DNA of 64,000 nt from Paraphysomonas bandaiensis (lineage: Eukaryota; Protista; Chrysophyceae). Both the position numbers and the translations under genes were made by a program. Where the stretch lies: the NCBI GenBank assembly GCA_965644295.1, contig CBFFRP010000386.1:48922-112921 (forward strand), read 5' to 3'. Positions 12,865 through 25,981 of the stretch are shown in pieces. Numbering within the stretch: the stretch's first letter is position 1; each line of letters opens with the position of its first letter. The notes beneath the pieces were generated by a model that saw only the letters and a program-made list of their open reading frames with translations, was not told where the DNA came from and searched no databases.

Positions 12865-14528
12865 ATGAATGATTTATCGCACAGCAGCTTAGACGATATT
12901 CCCTCTAAGAGGGCTCGTATCGATTGGAATGCAGAGTTGAGTGAGCACAACATCATCGACCTTGACGATATCCCCACCCAAACTGACTTGTATCCAGAAG
13001 ATTCAGGGGAGACAGTCATCTATCTTCCTCGTCTGCGTGCTCGAGATATCTGTTTCTTTATGGGCATATGTTATGAAGAAGAGAAGATCGAGAGATTTGC
13101 ACAAAACAGCATTCCGATTCCTGATTTCTTGAAACGCATTACAATTAGGAACAATAACAATCATGAAGTTATTGACACCATAAAGAAAAGAATAAAAGAG
13201 TATGAAGTATTCTGTAAAATATACCTGGATGAACCACACGAAGAAAATAGAGAAATTTTGCGACGGGAAATCAGGAACTATCAGGAAGCTGTATTATCAC
13301 CAGAGAAAAGCACAATTCCTTTTATAAACTGCTTGCCATTATCGGTCAGACTATATTGAATATATAAAATTACCATGACCTTGGAAATGTAGGCCGTCCT
13401 TAATATCAATTGCTTTGAGGACAGAAGAGACTATTCAAGTAACCCGCCTAATACGGATCACCGTTCCCTAATGTTTATAGAGATATCTGGTTTACCAGAG
13501 ATGGTTCTCCATTGCTCCGACTATATTAGGAATATTGCCCCCTCACTCTCGACCTGGAGTATGCCTAGTCACTGGTCCTTAGGGTGTGTTTCTAATGCAT
13601 ATGTGCTAGTTGAGGTGGAAAGCAACTCACTTGAGTGGAATAATGTTTTGCGAAATGGAAGGTAGGCTACCCGAGGTGTTGTGGTGGATATTCTATATTT
13701 TTGTATCAATTAGTGCCATGGCTTTTTATATATTGATAGTTATATGAATCGCCTTATTACAGATATACGGAGAGTTTACCAATCGAAATCCAATCCATAA
13801 AGCGCATAGAAAATTTTAACTTGTATCGACAATACGCTGAAAAAAGGAAGAATCTCGTACTTTATAAACAAGAAGCAGCTTACAATGAGATGTGGCTCTG
13901 GCATGGGACTAGTGCGCTTTCGACAGATTGTATTGCGAAAGAAGGATTTGATTTTCGTCTTGCAAAGAGAACTGGGCGGTGGGGAACTGGAACCTATTTC
14001 ACCGATAGTGTGTTATACGCCACAGGATACTCAAAAATGAGAGACCTCCCTAAAGAATATCCAGATATCGTGAAAGTTTTAAAGCAAGCAAAGGTATCAT
14101 AGGTACTACTTCTGTTCTTCGACGTTCTGATTTATTGTGAATATTAGTCGATGGAGGATCAACACAAATATGGGTTCATTCGTGATAATCTCTTTAAGAA
14201 ATATGGACAACTCAAAGTAGAGGAGATTTTTAGGTACATACGAACAAAAAAAAGATGTTTCGATATCATTCTAGCTCAAGTCGCGGTAGGAAGAGTGGAG
14301 CATCGATATGCAGATCCTGTCAGTATAAAAGTACTATAATATGCTGAATCTCATCTATGTATACAGAACATTTCACGACCAAGTGATCAATATGACTCCG
14401 TTTGTGGGACAATAAGCCAGGATAGAAATCAGGGCAATATACATATTATTTATGACTTCCATCAGGCATATCCAGCGTATATTATATCCTTTAATAAACA
14501 ACAGAATTTTTCCGATATGACTCGGTAA
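12865..14528 (+). CDS. PARP-catalytic-domain protein (probable mono-ADP-ribosyltransferase)
   Basis: NEMWLWHGT, GFDFRLA..GRWGTGTYF..YATGYS, IILAQVAVG, YDSVCG, IHIIYDFHQAYPAYII across several exons. Confidence 0.85.
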
Positions 14529-15084
14529 ATTTTGGATAAAGTATGAAAATGTTGGGTAAATGTGAGTAATATTGCTGCAGAATAGGAGTAATAATACAGT
14601 GATTATAGAGTAAATAAGTAAAATCTATATAAAGCCAAGGTCAAGATTTTGAACGACACTTCCTTTCTAACTAATATCCTACTTTTTGGGTATTTCACCT
14701 TTTGCAATTGCACTCAATATAAATATCATAGAATACGCAGCACTCTCACACAACCATCATTGCTCGAATACTTTTCTTTAAGAACACCTTCCTCATTGTC
14801 GACACGAACAATACTTGTGGAATCTCCAGCAACCTATGAGTTCATACCCGAGAAATCAAAGAATTCCGCCAGAACATATAATACTTTTCACTTCCTGCGA
14901 ACATATACTATATATTCTAGTATTATTCCGGTCCATAAATTGTCCAAATCAATTATACTGCCAGCAGCCCCCTGCTCTTACCATTGATTAAAAACCATTC
15001 ATATTGTGAATGATAGATACTACCTGGAATCTGTCAGATAGAGGGTAATATGTAGTGATACTTCCTCGGTAACCTACTAACTTG

Positions 15085-15460
15085 AGCAGCAAATATATCA
15101 GCATATATATAACATTCTGCCTATTCATAAGTAATGCTTGTGTGTGGTACAAGTGACACTAGTATAAGTGCCACATGTGTAGACGTCTTTGGGCCCTTAC
15201 ACATATACAGGCATCCGGGAATGGGCCCACCTCAAGGGCATGCAGGGGTATATCTGAAGGGTAACCGGGGTAGTATTGGGCTTCCTTCTGAAGTCAAGCA
15301 TCCGGGCTGTCCACCTTAAGAACTCAAAAATCCTGAAGTCAGCAGATGTCAGATATATCAACATTCTGCTTGCTGCTTTGAGTGATAAAGTGAAAGTGGT
15401 TGCACTGTGGTGCTTGCTGTGTTAAATATAGTAGGATATCAGAGATAAGCACAGTTAGTT
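15085..15460 (+). mobile_element. 5'-truncated/diverged copy B of the retroposon family
   Basis: Matches 5530-5815 and the LINE-type 3' segment (GTGGTTGCACTGTGGTGCTTGC). Confidence 0.75.
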
Positions 15461-15639
15461 AAATTGTGATACTAAATTAGTAATGATAGCTATATATATC
15501 AAAATTCACAAGTTTATCAATTCTTGTACAAAAACCATACTTTTCTTTTATTTGTCCAGTTGATCACCCCACACTGATAACACTTCTTCGTATGTTGCTT
15601 CGTTGGTTTCTTTACAACATGCTGAGTGACGTTGTTGCT

Positions 15640-16390
15640 GTTGTTCTGTAATGCGTAGTTGTATGCGAGAACAATTTATGTTTAGATTTATAACAAGTAT
15701 TGACTGGGTTGAATATAGTAGTGAATGTCTTGTTATTAGCAATATGCATGAGTAAGATTCAGAACTAATTTAGCATTGATATAACTAGTGTTTAATTCTG
15801 ATATCCTTCAATTTTACGACACGAAAGCTGTACCACCTCAAGTACCAAGGTGCAACCACATTGGCTGTAGCAGTCAAAGCAAACGCAGTGAGCAAGCAGA
15901 ACATCTGCTGACTTCAGGAATGTGAGTCTTTAAGTAAAAGTGAGAGAGTCTACTCACGGACGTGTCATCCTTCAGTTTCAATAGGTCGGTTAAGCAGGGG
16001 GATATCCTTTATGGAAGGGTTCCTCGACGTTTAAGGTAGGGTCAGAGTTATGTATAGTGTTTGAGGGAAAAAGTGAGGTGGGGTGCGAGGTGGAGGCGTA
16101 GAATCTGTAAAATGTCTCGGGGCACCGATTACTGCACTTTAGTAGATAGATTTAAATGGAGCTGGCGAAGCTGTCTACATTGGGGTTTGCGTGTTTGGGG
16201 GAATGCAAGTGTTAGAGGAGTAGGGGAAGTGGTCAGTTGCCCAGCTGGGATTCTATACCGAAGTGGGGGAACTTATAGGTTGTGTTGTGATAGTTGGAGG
16301 GAGCTGCTGACCTGGGGCGGGGTTGGGTATAGGGCACAGGCCGTCTTGTCTAGGTATATAGGCACAAGGTTGAATAATTTATTTCTTTGA
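15640..16390 (-). mobile_element. Degenerate 3' fragment of the RNase H LINE family
   Basis: Broken frames read PQCRQLRQLHL and EEPFHKGYPPA*, matching PQRRRLRQLYL and ETHPKGRPPDQ* of the 28342 ORF, followed by the shared 3' UTR. Confidence 0.7.
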
Positions 16391-16971
16391 CTCGTGCTCA
16401 ACCAATTTGACTCGTGTGAATAATATTTCCCCAATCATATCTGCAATTGTTATTTGCTTTTACTATTTCAATTGTTGCAATCACTATACTCTTTACTCTT
16501 ATATATTTCTGGTAAACAGGTGCAAACGTGACAGGTATCAAAACTGATAATAACCAGCAGGGCCTGGAAACTGGTAGCTTGTAACCGTTAATGGTGCTGA
16601 AATGGTTGCCGAATTCCCCGCAATTATAATGGCTGCTAACGGTATCAGGCCCCGAGAAACAGATGTGAGGGAACAGCTATTAATGGGCACCTCGAGCAGT
16701 GTTTGGGTGTCTTGGATTACGAATTATGCTTTTTGTTTAATGAACCAAGCAAACTTAGATAATAACTGTAACTTCAATGGTGCCTGTGTTCACCGTCACA
16801 ATGCTAGCTAAAATACCAGGAATCATGATGGATTGAGCGGATCAATACGGATCCGAGATTGAACTTCTACAATTTATATACGGAACTGCATATTATAAGA
16901 GACGGCTGATTGATTTACTACAGTAGAAGAAACCACAAGTAGCTAAAAATTTTAACACACTTGTAATTCGC

Positions 16972-17808
16972 TTAACGGTTAGCCTTGGCCACACGCTCGA
17001 TCTCGTCCTTCTTCTTAATAGCATAGCTGTTGGACGATCCACGGGCAGCGTTAATGATCTCATCGGCGAGACACTCGGCAATGGTCTTTACGTTGCGGAA
17101 AGCAGACTCTCTGGAGCCAGTGGTCATCAGGTAGAGGGCCTGATTAACGCGGCGAAAGGGGGAAACATCAACTGCCTGACGACGAACGACACCAGCAGTG
17201 CCAACTCGTGTGGAGTCTTCACGAGGGCCGCTGTTGATGATGGCATCCACCAACACCTGTGCAACAGAAGAAACAGGCACACACAATCAGACCCATATTT
17301 GTTGGTGATCAAAAAATACTTCAACAGCGTAACACTAAACTAAAGTCTAAAGTTACCTGAACAGGGTTCTGGTCGGTGAGAATGTGAATGATTTCAAGAG
17401 TGTGCTTGATAATACGGCAAGCCATAAGCTTCTTGCCAGTGTTTCTACCGTGACGCATCAAGCTACAGGCAAGGCGCTCCACAATGGGGCACTGATGCAT
17501 ATATTAAACATATAAAATAAATATTAGACGACAAACCTGAGCCTTGCGAAAACTCTTGCGCTGGTATCTGCCAGCAGTGTGGTTCATGTAAGTGGCGTGC
17601 TTGCCCTTCACAGCGATGAAATCCTACAATGAAAAATATTACACATACTTGCAGTAGTTCAGTCGCTATATATATACCACAAGAGAGATATCGCTGATCT
17701 CGACCTCATCCAGGGCCCTGTAAACACAGTCAAACAGACAGCAGATATCACGCACTTCCACTCTCACCATTTGCCAAAAAGCTTAATTTCGTTAGCAGGC
17801 TCAGCCAT
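16972..17808 (-). CDS. RPS5: 40S ribosomal protein S5 (uS7)
   Basis: [62 protein letters not shown]; several short introns. Confidence 0.98.
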
Positions 17809-19561
17809 TTTCAATGTAATGAATCAATCAGACCAAATTTAATTAATCTCTCAGCTGTCTTTCCTGTGTGTGTATGCTGTCGAGTGGTGTGTATATTAGT
17901 GGTAGTGGCCCCTCAAAAACCACACCATCAGTAAACAGATCTTCAATGGACAAACTGAATATATCACTGAATCTATATACGGCAGCAGCAGAATATACAG
18001 TATATGGAATACGGTTGTATAATCACTGTACAAAAGTCGTACACACAGGCGGGTAGAGCGAACGCTCCTTCAGCAATCATGCCTGTGGTTAATGTACAGG
18101 GATGCTCTCAGAAATCAGATACTCTATGTTATGTAGCCTGGTGAGCTCATGCATGGGAAGTTGAGTGAGGTTACAGTTCACAGGTTATACTATAGCATAA
18201 TAACTTGCGTCATGCAATCACGAGCTATCATCAACATCATCACGTCATGTAATATGTAGACAGATTCTGATGTTCAGAGTGTTTAGTCATTAGAACTAGT
18301 TCACGAACTGGACGAATACTAACAGTGATGGATATAAGTTATTAAAATATCCTGTGTGGATATTACATAGTAGACTGCAAGCTCAACAATTATCACTGCA
18401 TTACTGGTGAGTGTTTTATATATATATATATGTAACTAGTACAGTCATCAGATAATACTTTAACATATGCGAAAACGTATAAAACTTTGGCGGGAACACT
18501 TCGTGTAATGTCTGTGAAATTTAAACGCAATATTCATCTTTAGTAAGCATGATATATTAATCTCGGATGATATATTAAAATGATATTAGCATATCAGCCA
18601 GTCTCAGAGAATATGCATTTACTTATACACGTTCATTTCTAAATCACTGTCAGTTGTGTTTAGTCTATCGCCGTATAATCATCTATTTCTAATATGGGTG
18701 CCCCATTCCGTCAGTGTGGCGGTATTGTAAGCTCTCCGGTACACCACGTAGCTATGACACCAAGATTTTGCCCTGATTCTAGGCAGTCACATACCCGTTC
18801 ACCATCTTGGCTGACCGTATAGATCACGCGCAGAATTCTTTGAGAGCCCCATCCGTGTTTGCTTCAACGAAGATTTCGCCTTTCTCATAGCTATGCAAGA
18901 CATGGATTATGGATGAAATTCACACAGATTCTAGCAAGGTTGTGTTCACCTTCCCCAGTAGATTACGCGGAGCTTCTCGTGACTATGCATGACTTAGTAT
19001 AGGCCTAGCTTGGCATTGGTTGAGTCCCCTACTCCCCTGGTGATCATGATCATGTGTGGACTATACAAGTACATTGTAGCTCTAGCTGGAGTGTAGATCA
19101 CTACACACAAAACACGCCGGCACGCCGGAATTTTGATAGAATCTAGATAATGCTTCGCCTAATCAATACTAGCACTTCTTTAGGGCACCCTCTCGGAATG
19201 AGACAGTTGAATTAATCTACCATGTCATGTGCCAATATAATCCAGTTCGAAATCTCATTTCAACTTCAAACCACTTTTACTTATCACAATTAAGTTGGGC
19301 TAGAGATTTTCACATCAACAACCACATTATTACCGACACAGGCACAACACACTATCAACAAACGATATAACATATAGTTGCCAGGACTCACAAACATGTC
19401 ACCAGAACCTGACATGTTGTAAACAATACAATTAACCACAAACTCATATACGAACTTGTGAAGGCAACTCAAACTCTGTCGGATCAATCACTGCGTACTT
19501 TATATACATACAATGCATTGCTAGAACATACCGAATAAAAGCAATCAATAACATATACACA

Positions 19562-20143
19562 TCACGCTTTATGATTCAATTGTACGTCGCTTCATCCGCA
19601 GCCAGCTAGTTCTTTGGGGTGTTTCAGTTTTTTCCTGTGTGCTCGGGAGTGGAGCCAGTTTGTTACTTTTGGGATTCAAAGTTGCTAGTAGAGCTGTCGC
19701 AGCCTGAAAATTATATAATGCCTTACTTTCCGGCATAGTGCTTATATATATAATCGAACCTGTTGTGATTTCAATACCATCGACGAAGCCGCTACATCCC
19801 CATCTCCTTCTTTTATTGGTGGGAGCATACTACATATCGATCTTCTACGCGCTTTCTGTTGTGTTTTATGTTTCATCTGTTGATTTCCTGCGTTGGATCC
19901 TTTCGTAGAATCCGTTGGATTCTTAGGTGAGTTAAATGCGGGTATTTCTGGTAATGCAGGAAGCTTGATTCTTCGTACAGCAGGCGTTGGGTCATAATTC
20001 GTGCTGTCGAAAATAGATTTCCACTCTCTGCTTTCTTCATATGCCGGAGAAGTAGGATCTGAATTACGGCGCCGAAAACTACCTCCTCCGCTATCATATC
20101 TTCCCAATAGTTCTTTAAAATGACGCTCTTCGTCACACATCAT
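19562..20143 (-). CDS. Hypothetical protein (2 exons, low complexity)
   Basis: 133-aa ORF with a GT donor near 19759 and a CAG acceptor near 19705 leading to a stop at 19562; no domain recognised. Confidence 0.55.
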
Positions 20144-20610
20144 TTCTCTGATTATTCCTCTATGACAGTCTCAGTCTGCTGGATAGTCAGACTCTACATT
20201 ATTACAAGAACAATTGCGCCCAGCAACTCCTGATAGAAGAAAGAACTACCTTTTTGTGAGTGTATAGTGTTCTTGTGTCGCTATAGTGTCATTGTGTATG
20301 GTGTGATCTACAGTATATCATTGTCATGTTACTCGTGTATATGCCACTTCTATCCAGAACACTGTGTTGGTGTACGTCATCATACGAGCAATATACAAGT
20401 GCACTCACTGCTGCTGATGGATGTGGATGTGTTTAGGGCAGATATCCGGATATCGCACATACTGCTCCAAAATATGCGACTTTTATTAAAAAAACACGAA
20501 AATTACTGCTTTCATTGGGCCGGGTGGTGAAAGTTAGAACTTTATAGTTTAATTTGTGATGAAATGATTCGATTTCCTGCGCACTTAAGCTTAAGTAGTC
20601 GTGGGTCTCG

Positions 20611-22643
20611 ATGGAGCGATGGGCCTTGTTGAAACGTGCCCTGAATGGCCAACGCGATGAGTCCAGCAGCTCCTCTATTCACCGTCATAATGGATTTAAG
20701 CTCATACCTAAGTATGTATATATATATGTGTGTATACAGAGCATATTGCCCGCTGCACGTATACACTCCTCTTACATGATCGAATTATTCTAATGCATCG
20801 TCTGGTATTGAACAGAAAGTTTACGGTGTGGACATGGTGTGTGGAGTATGAGATATCTGTCGACTCGACATGGAGTGAAATGCTTGAGAGCATTCGAGTG
20901 CGAATGGCTGCTGCAGATTGTAGTGAAGTAAAAGTAAACATAAAGGCTAATAGGACAGCCTTATTGCAAAAGGCAAAGACTGTCATCGATGTACGTACAT
21001 GTGACGTATGAAATCGTAATATATACTATTGAGTGCATAGGATTTGCTACCTACATGTCTCCTGAGTATTAACCTCATTTGTATCAAAATATACAGGAAG
21101 GTGTGTCAGAAGGTATACTTAGAGTACAGGGTGATTCTATATTTGCCCATGATCCATCATTCCAGCCATTTTTACCAAACGCAAAATACTATAGATACCA
21201 CCTTCCATGTATATACCCCGCAATGCACACGGAGCATGCGAACGATATTTCCGAGCTGGGCTCACCTGAAAACGTATCGGATAAATCTGTTGAAGTTAAA
21301 CATTTATCTTTGGAATGTTTCCCCGAAGATTGTGTCGTTTTCACTAGGGAGAAGGCAGTGGATGCTGCAGTCGGGGTGTCGGAACTGCTGTCTCACTTGG
21401 TCCACGGTGTGGACAACACTGGCAATGTGAAGGTGACTGCGTGCTCTTGATTCACCTATATAAAAAGTGCATTTCATACGAATTGAATTGTATTGTATAT
21501 TACCTAGTTGCCCCAGTACTATTATTCACGAATGCTTCCTTTTATTCATAATGCTGTCACACTCCAGCTACTGTTTTCGTAGAAGTGCAACATGTAATAT
21601 GCAGAATAGTTATTGTATTTATTACAGCTACGATGTGCTAACAAGTGTGCATTAAGGTATGGGCTTCCGAGAGCATGCTGCTGCACGTACTGCTGAGGAA
21701 TGTGTTTTATATCGAAGATTTCGCGAACAAGTATGCACGAACCCCTGTCAATGAGATGAATTGATAATGCCTTCCTGCGCTGCTTAATATTTTCTATAGA
21801 CGGGTCCTGGAGCTAGGAGGCGGCTTGACGGGTCTGTGTTCATTGGGTCTAGCTGCCTCATTGAGCCACTCTTGTGAAGAAATTGTTTGCACCGACGGTC
21901 ATCCTTCTTGTGTGGCGAATCAGGTACATTTAAATCAGTAATATTACAACTTCACTCTCGTCTAGTATGCACTGTTACCTGTAAATCGTGATGATCTATG
22001 CCAACGTAATACTTATACAAATCTTATTTGAATTGGCCATCAAACCACTACACACAGATGACTGCAGAATATACTGCTTATTGACATCAAAAACCTTGAA
22101 TATTTTAATGGTATGATTTTTTCCTTCTGTGTACAGAGGGTATGCATCGCTATGTGTGAACAAAGCAACTGCCTTCGGAAGGGGGTTAAATTATCAGCGC
22201 ATCAACTGCGGTGGCTATCGAACGACCCCCATGGTGAGCTTCGCTCCCTCACACAAAACTACACCTGCCTCTTTGACCGCATTGTGGCATCCGATTGTCT
22301 CTTTTTCAAAGATTTCCACGATGACCTTGTATGGCTATTGTCGAATGCACTGTCTAGCAATGGAATTGTTTACATGTTACAACCGAATAGAGGAAATACC
22401 ATGAGAATTTTTTTGGAAAAGGCTACGAGCGTTTTTGACGTGACTGTCACAGCTAGCTACGATAGCGCGGTATAGTTCTTCTCTTCCAAATGTTTCGTAT
22501 GTAAGTCTTTTGTCCACCTATATGTGCAGATTTCAGAGCTTCATGAAGAGTTTGTGCGAGCGAAAGACTCCACTGGATATGACCCTGATATACACTACCC
22601 AGTTTTAGTAACCCTGACTTTGAAGAGGAGTGATGTTGCATGA
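20611..22643 (+). CDS. CAMKMT: Calmodulin-lysine N-methyltransferase-like (class I SAM MTase)
   Basis: RWALLKRAL, GVDNTGNVKVWASE, VLELGGGLTGLCSL, CTDGHP, FDRIVASDCLFF, YDPDIHYP. Confidence 0.88.
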
Positions 22644-23054
22644 AATCCAACGAAATTGAAATTACTGTTGGCTACTCGATTAGGGTTAGGGTTAGAGTAA
22701 ATATGTAATATTAACTGTTAATAATATAGCTTCATCAGTTCACTTTTCTTGATTTGGCCTTAAATAATTGTCACGTACATTCTTTTCTGTGCTTAATCTA
22801 AGCACTGCTAAATAATCCACTTTTATTTAGTGAAGGGAAGAAGATGTCGCACAGGTATCGGTGGGGTCAGACATTATTCTAGCCTATGTCGTGTATTTAC
22901 GTTTACATTAAAGATAGTTTACAAGCCCGTTTACATACCACTACTGTGTCATATTGTGTCAGAAGGTGTGTCATTCTCGAAAAAATGGCACCATGACTCA
23001 TGTAATATACCTTCATTTACACTTTACCAATATACAGCAGCACATATATTCATC

Positions 23055-23526
23055 TTTCAAAAAAGTCGGACTCGGACTCGCACCTTTTAGTGATGTTCTG
23101 GGGAATAAGTATAGAGAGATATTTCTCCGGGAGACAAACGTGAATTGAGCAGCATATACACTCATCAGCAGATAATTTTCTGCCCACTCATAGCGTGTGT
23201 GGTACAAGAGATGTCAATTGTGTAGACGTCTTTGGGCCTTGACGAATAAGCAGACGTTTGGGAACGGGCCCACCTCAAGGGCATCTGGGGTATTGGGCTG
23301 CCTGCTGCATTAAAGCATCCGGGCTGTTCACCTAAAAGACTCAAAAATCCTGGTCATAATATAATATGTCAGGTAATCAACATTCTGCTTGCTCACTGCG
23401 TTTACTTTTTGATTGATAGAGCGAAAGTAGTTGCACTGTGGTACTTCTGTCGTAGCGCAAAATAGTAGGATATTAGAGTTAAGCACTTTTGCTACTAAAT
23501 ATATCTCTAATAATCAGACATTCACT
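23055..23526 (+). mobile_element. Retroposon family copy C (near full length, diverged)
   Basis: Head AAAGTCGGACTC(GGACTC)GCACC through tail TAATAATCAGACATTCACTA; no clear TSD. Confidence 0.8.
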
Positions 23527-24206
23527 AAATAAATGTTTCTATTCTAACCGAAATAAATTTTATAATAAGGGCTATGCGTTAAACTCTTCTTACTTTCGAA
23601 CTCGGTAATAACAACATTTTGTTCACAAATACTACCATATAATTTGAAGAGGATTTGAAATAAAGACGAAATGTGATTTTATAACTAACATGTAGTACCT
23701 GACATATTCGTACTAATCAAATGAATGTTAATATTGTCAAATTCTTCTCTGGATTGATGAATTTGATTCACGAACTCTGCTTGTTACTGTAGTCAATGTG
23801 ATTCACAATGCCAATATACTCCTCATTGATTATATAGGTTAAATCGTAGCTATATTTCTCATGACTATAAAAATCTAATATCCAAGTTGTATAGCTATTT
23901 GTCAAAGTATTGTTTAAAAATCAATGGTATCTACATAAGGAAATGGCAATTGTACAAGATTATTTCAAAACAACAAATCCCTAAATTTCAATAATAGCTA
24001 CAACCATGATCCGAATCATCATTATCGTTAAATGTGGCATATATTCTTGAAGTACTGTTACGAATTCCTGGTTGTGAAGATAGAGCGCTTGCACTGTTAT
24101 CATTTCTGCTTAGAAAGTTTGCTCATCATTGAGGTTTTACTGGATTTGTATAATGTGGAATACAATGAAATTCCTTTCACATGACTATAGTTAAAGTATG
24201 AAGTAC

Positions 24207-24502
24207 TTTAGAGGAGAAAAGGTATATTATATGTTAAGGACAACTGATGTAAACATGTCAATGTGTGATGACAATGAATGGATATGCATGCATGTGACAT
24301 ACTATCCATTCATTCATAATACGTAGTGCGTATGTGATATCGTAACCATCCGCTACCAAGTTAAAGTATTTTAGAGGAGAAAAGGTATATTATATGTTAA
24401 GGACAACTGATGTAAACATGTCAATGTGTGATGACAATGAATGGATATGCATGCATGTGACATACTATCCATTCATTCATAATACGTAGTGCGTATGTGA
24501 TA
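24207..24502. repeat. Tandem duplication of 133 bp (period 163) containing a 12-bp inverted repeat
   Basis: 24207-24339 equals 24370-24502; stem AATGAATGGATA/TATCCATTCATT. Confidence 0.9.
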
Positions 24503-25981
24503 GGAAAACTACGGAAGCGAAGTTTACACTTCAACTACTGTTCAAGTTGAATATTAAAGTTGAATGTCTATATTTGTCTTGAACCCAAATCAGCATTTGG
24601 TATTTGGTGCTAATTATTAGGAGCATTCTTTAGCCCAATTCTTTTTTAGACAAAATGGAGATAAATTTTTAAGTGAAGTTATATATTTCAGCTTTAATCA
24701 CTGTACTATATTATAGTATTCCACGAAAATCTGGTATAAATATAATAATGTTTATGTTACTGCAATATTTTATGTACTAATTGTGATTTAGTATAAACTT
24801 TAATTTTTCTTTACTTATCTAATAGTATTGGTCAAAAATTTCAAGAAATGAATACACGATGTCTAATTACGCGGTGATTAGATAAATTATTTACATAAAA
24901 CATATTGTAAATGAAATATACAGTATGATGCCTTCTTATGGTTACTAAAATAATATCCTGAACAGGGTTCGACCGTTACACTAAGTTTGGTATTAATAGA
25001 ATCAATCCGATGGCAACAGCAGGTCCGAATATACGAACAATTCAGTATGAGTTGTTACGCTGTAACCGCCGTGTGCTCCCCTCACTGCCACATAGGGCTT
25101 CCAACATATGTCCAATGCTCATACGACATCTTTGGCAGCTTCATTGTGTAATACACAGAAAGGGGGCGCGGACAGAAAGCCTAAGCGGCATGAGCGGCAT
25201 TGCCCCCTCCCCCTTTCTGTGTGTGTGACCAGACACTACTCCTGCTAATGTGTGCAGCCGACGCACCTGCCTTACCTCTCTCAGCAGCCATGAGTTATCT
25301 ACTAGAACTTTTCGTACCACTCCAAACGCTCACCCCCAGAGACAAAGACGTTGATGATAGCTGCTGAAGACTGTTACAGCAATAAAGAGGACGGGATGGT
25401 GTGTTCAGATCGTCTCATCCATTTCAGATCGAGTGTTTTGGATTTTTGGGTTTCGGTGCACCGGAATATTCCAGGAAAATTAGAAAGAAAAATGTTCGAA
25501 AGTCTAGAACACTCCCTGACAGAACTTGTTCAAAACATGTCGAAAATATTTCGAAATTCTCGAAATATTCGAGTTTTGGTCGTCCACAATATTCTGTAGG
25601 AGTTCGAAAATCCTAATTTTAGTGTCGATTCCGATGTTTTTTTGAAAATACATGTATCAGTTGTTCCGATGTACGGTTGTACCGGTCCGTTTGGAATAGA
25701 TTTCGTCATCATATCCTCATGAAGTGCGATATTCCCCTTATGATGACGGCTCGCTGTACTCTTACCTGAATATTCAAGTACTCTGTACGATACTTCACTA
25801 CTCCAGTCGTCATTCCTCAGTACTTCATATGTATGATTAGCTGCTTCTGCCCAGTGATTATGCCGTGTATAAATAGGGGATGGAACAGTAATTCGATCTG
25901 ATAGGAGTACACCGCTACTGTTACTGTTGATATTGTTTATTCATGCGGAGCTGTTAAGTCGATCCCTGTATACATAGTAGT

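Noticed and set aside
18690-19080. GC-elevated stretch as a pseudogene or TE remnant
   Set aside because: No recognisable motif in the frames read and no second copy in the window.
25340-25720. TCGAAA-rich quasi-palindromic region and its short ORFs
   Set aside because: Probably TE subterminal debris; no TIR/TSD or protein motif could be defined.
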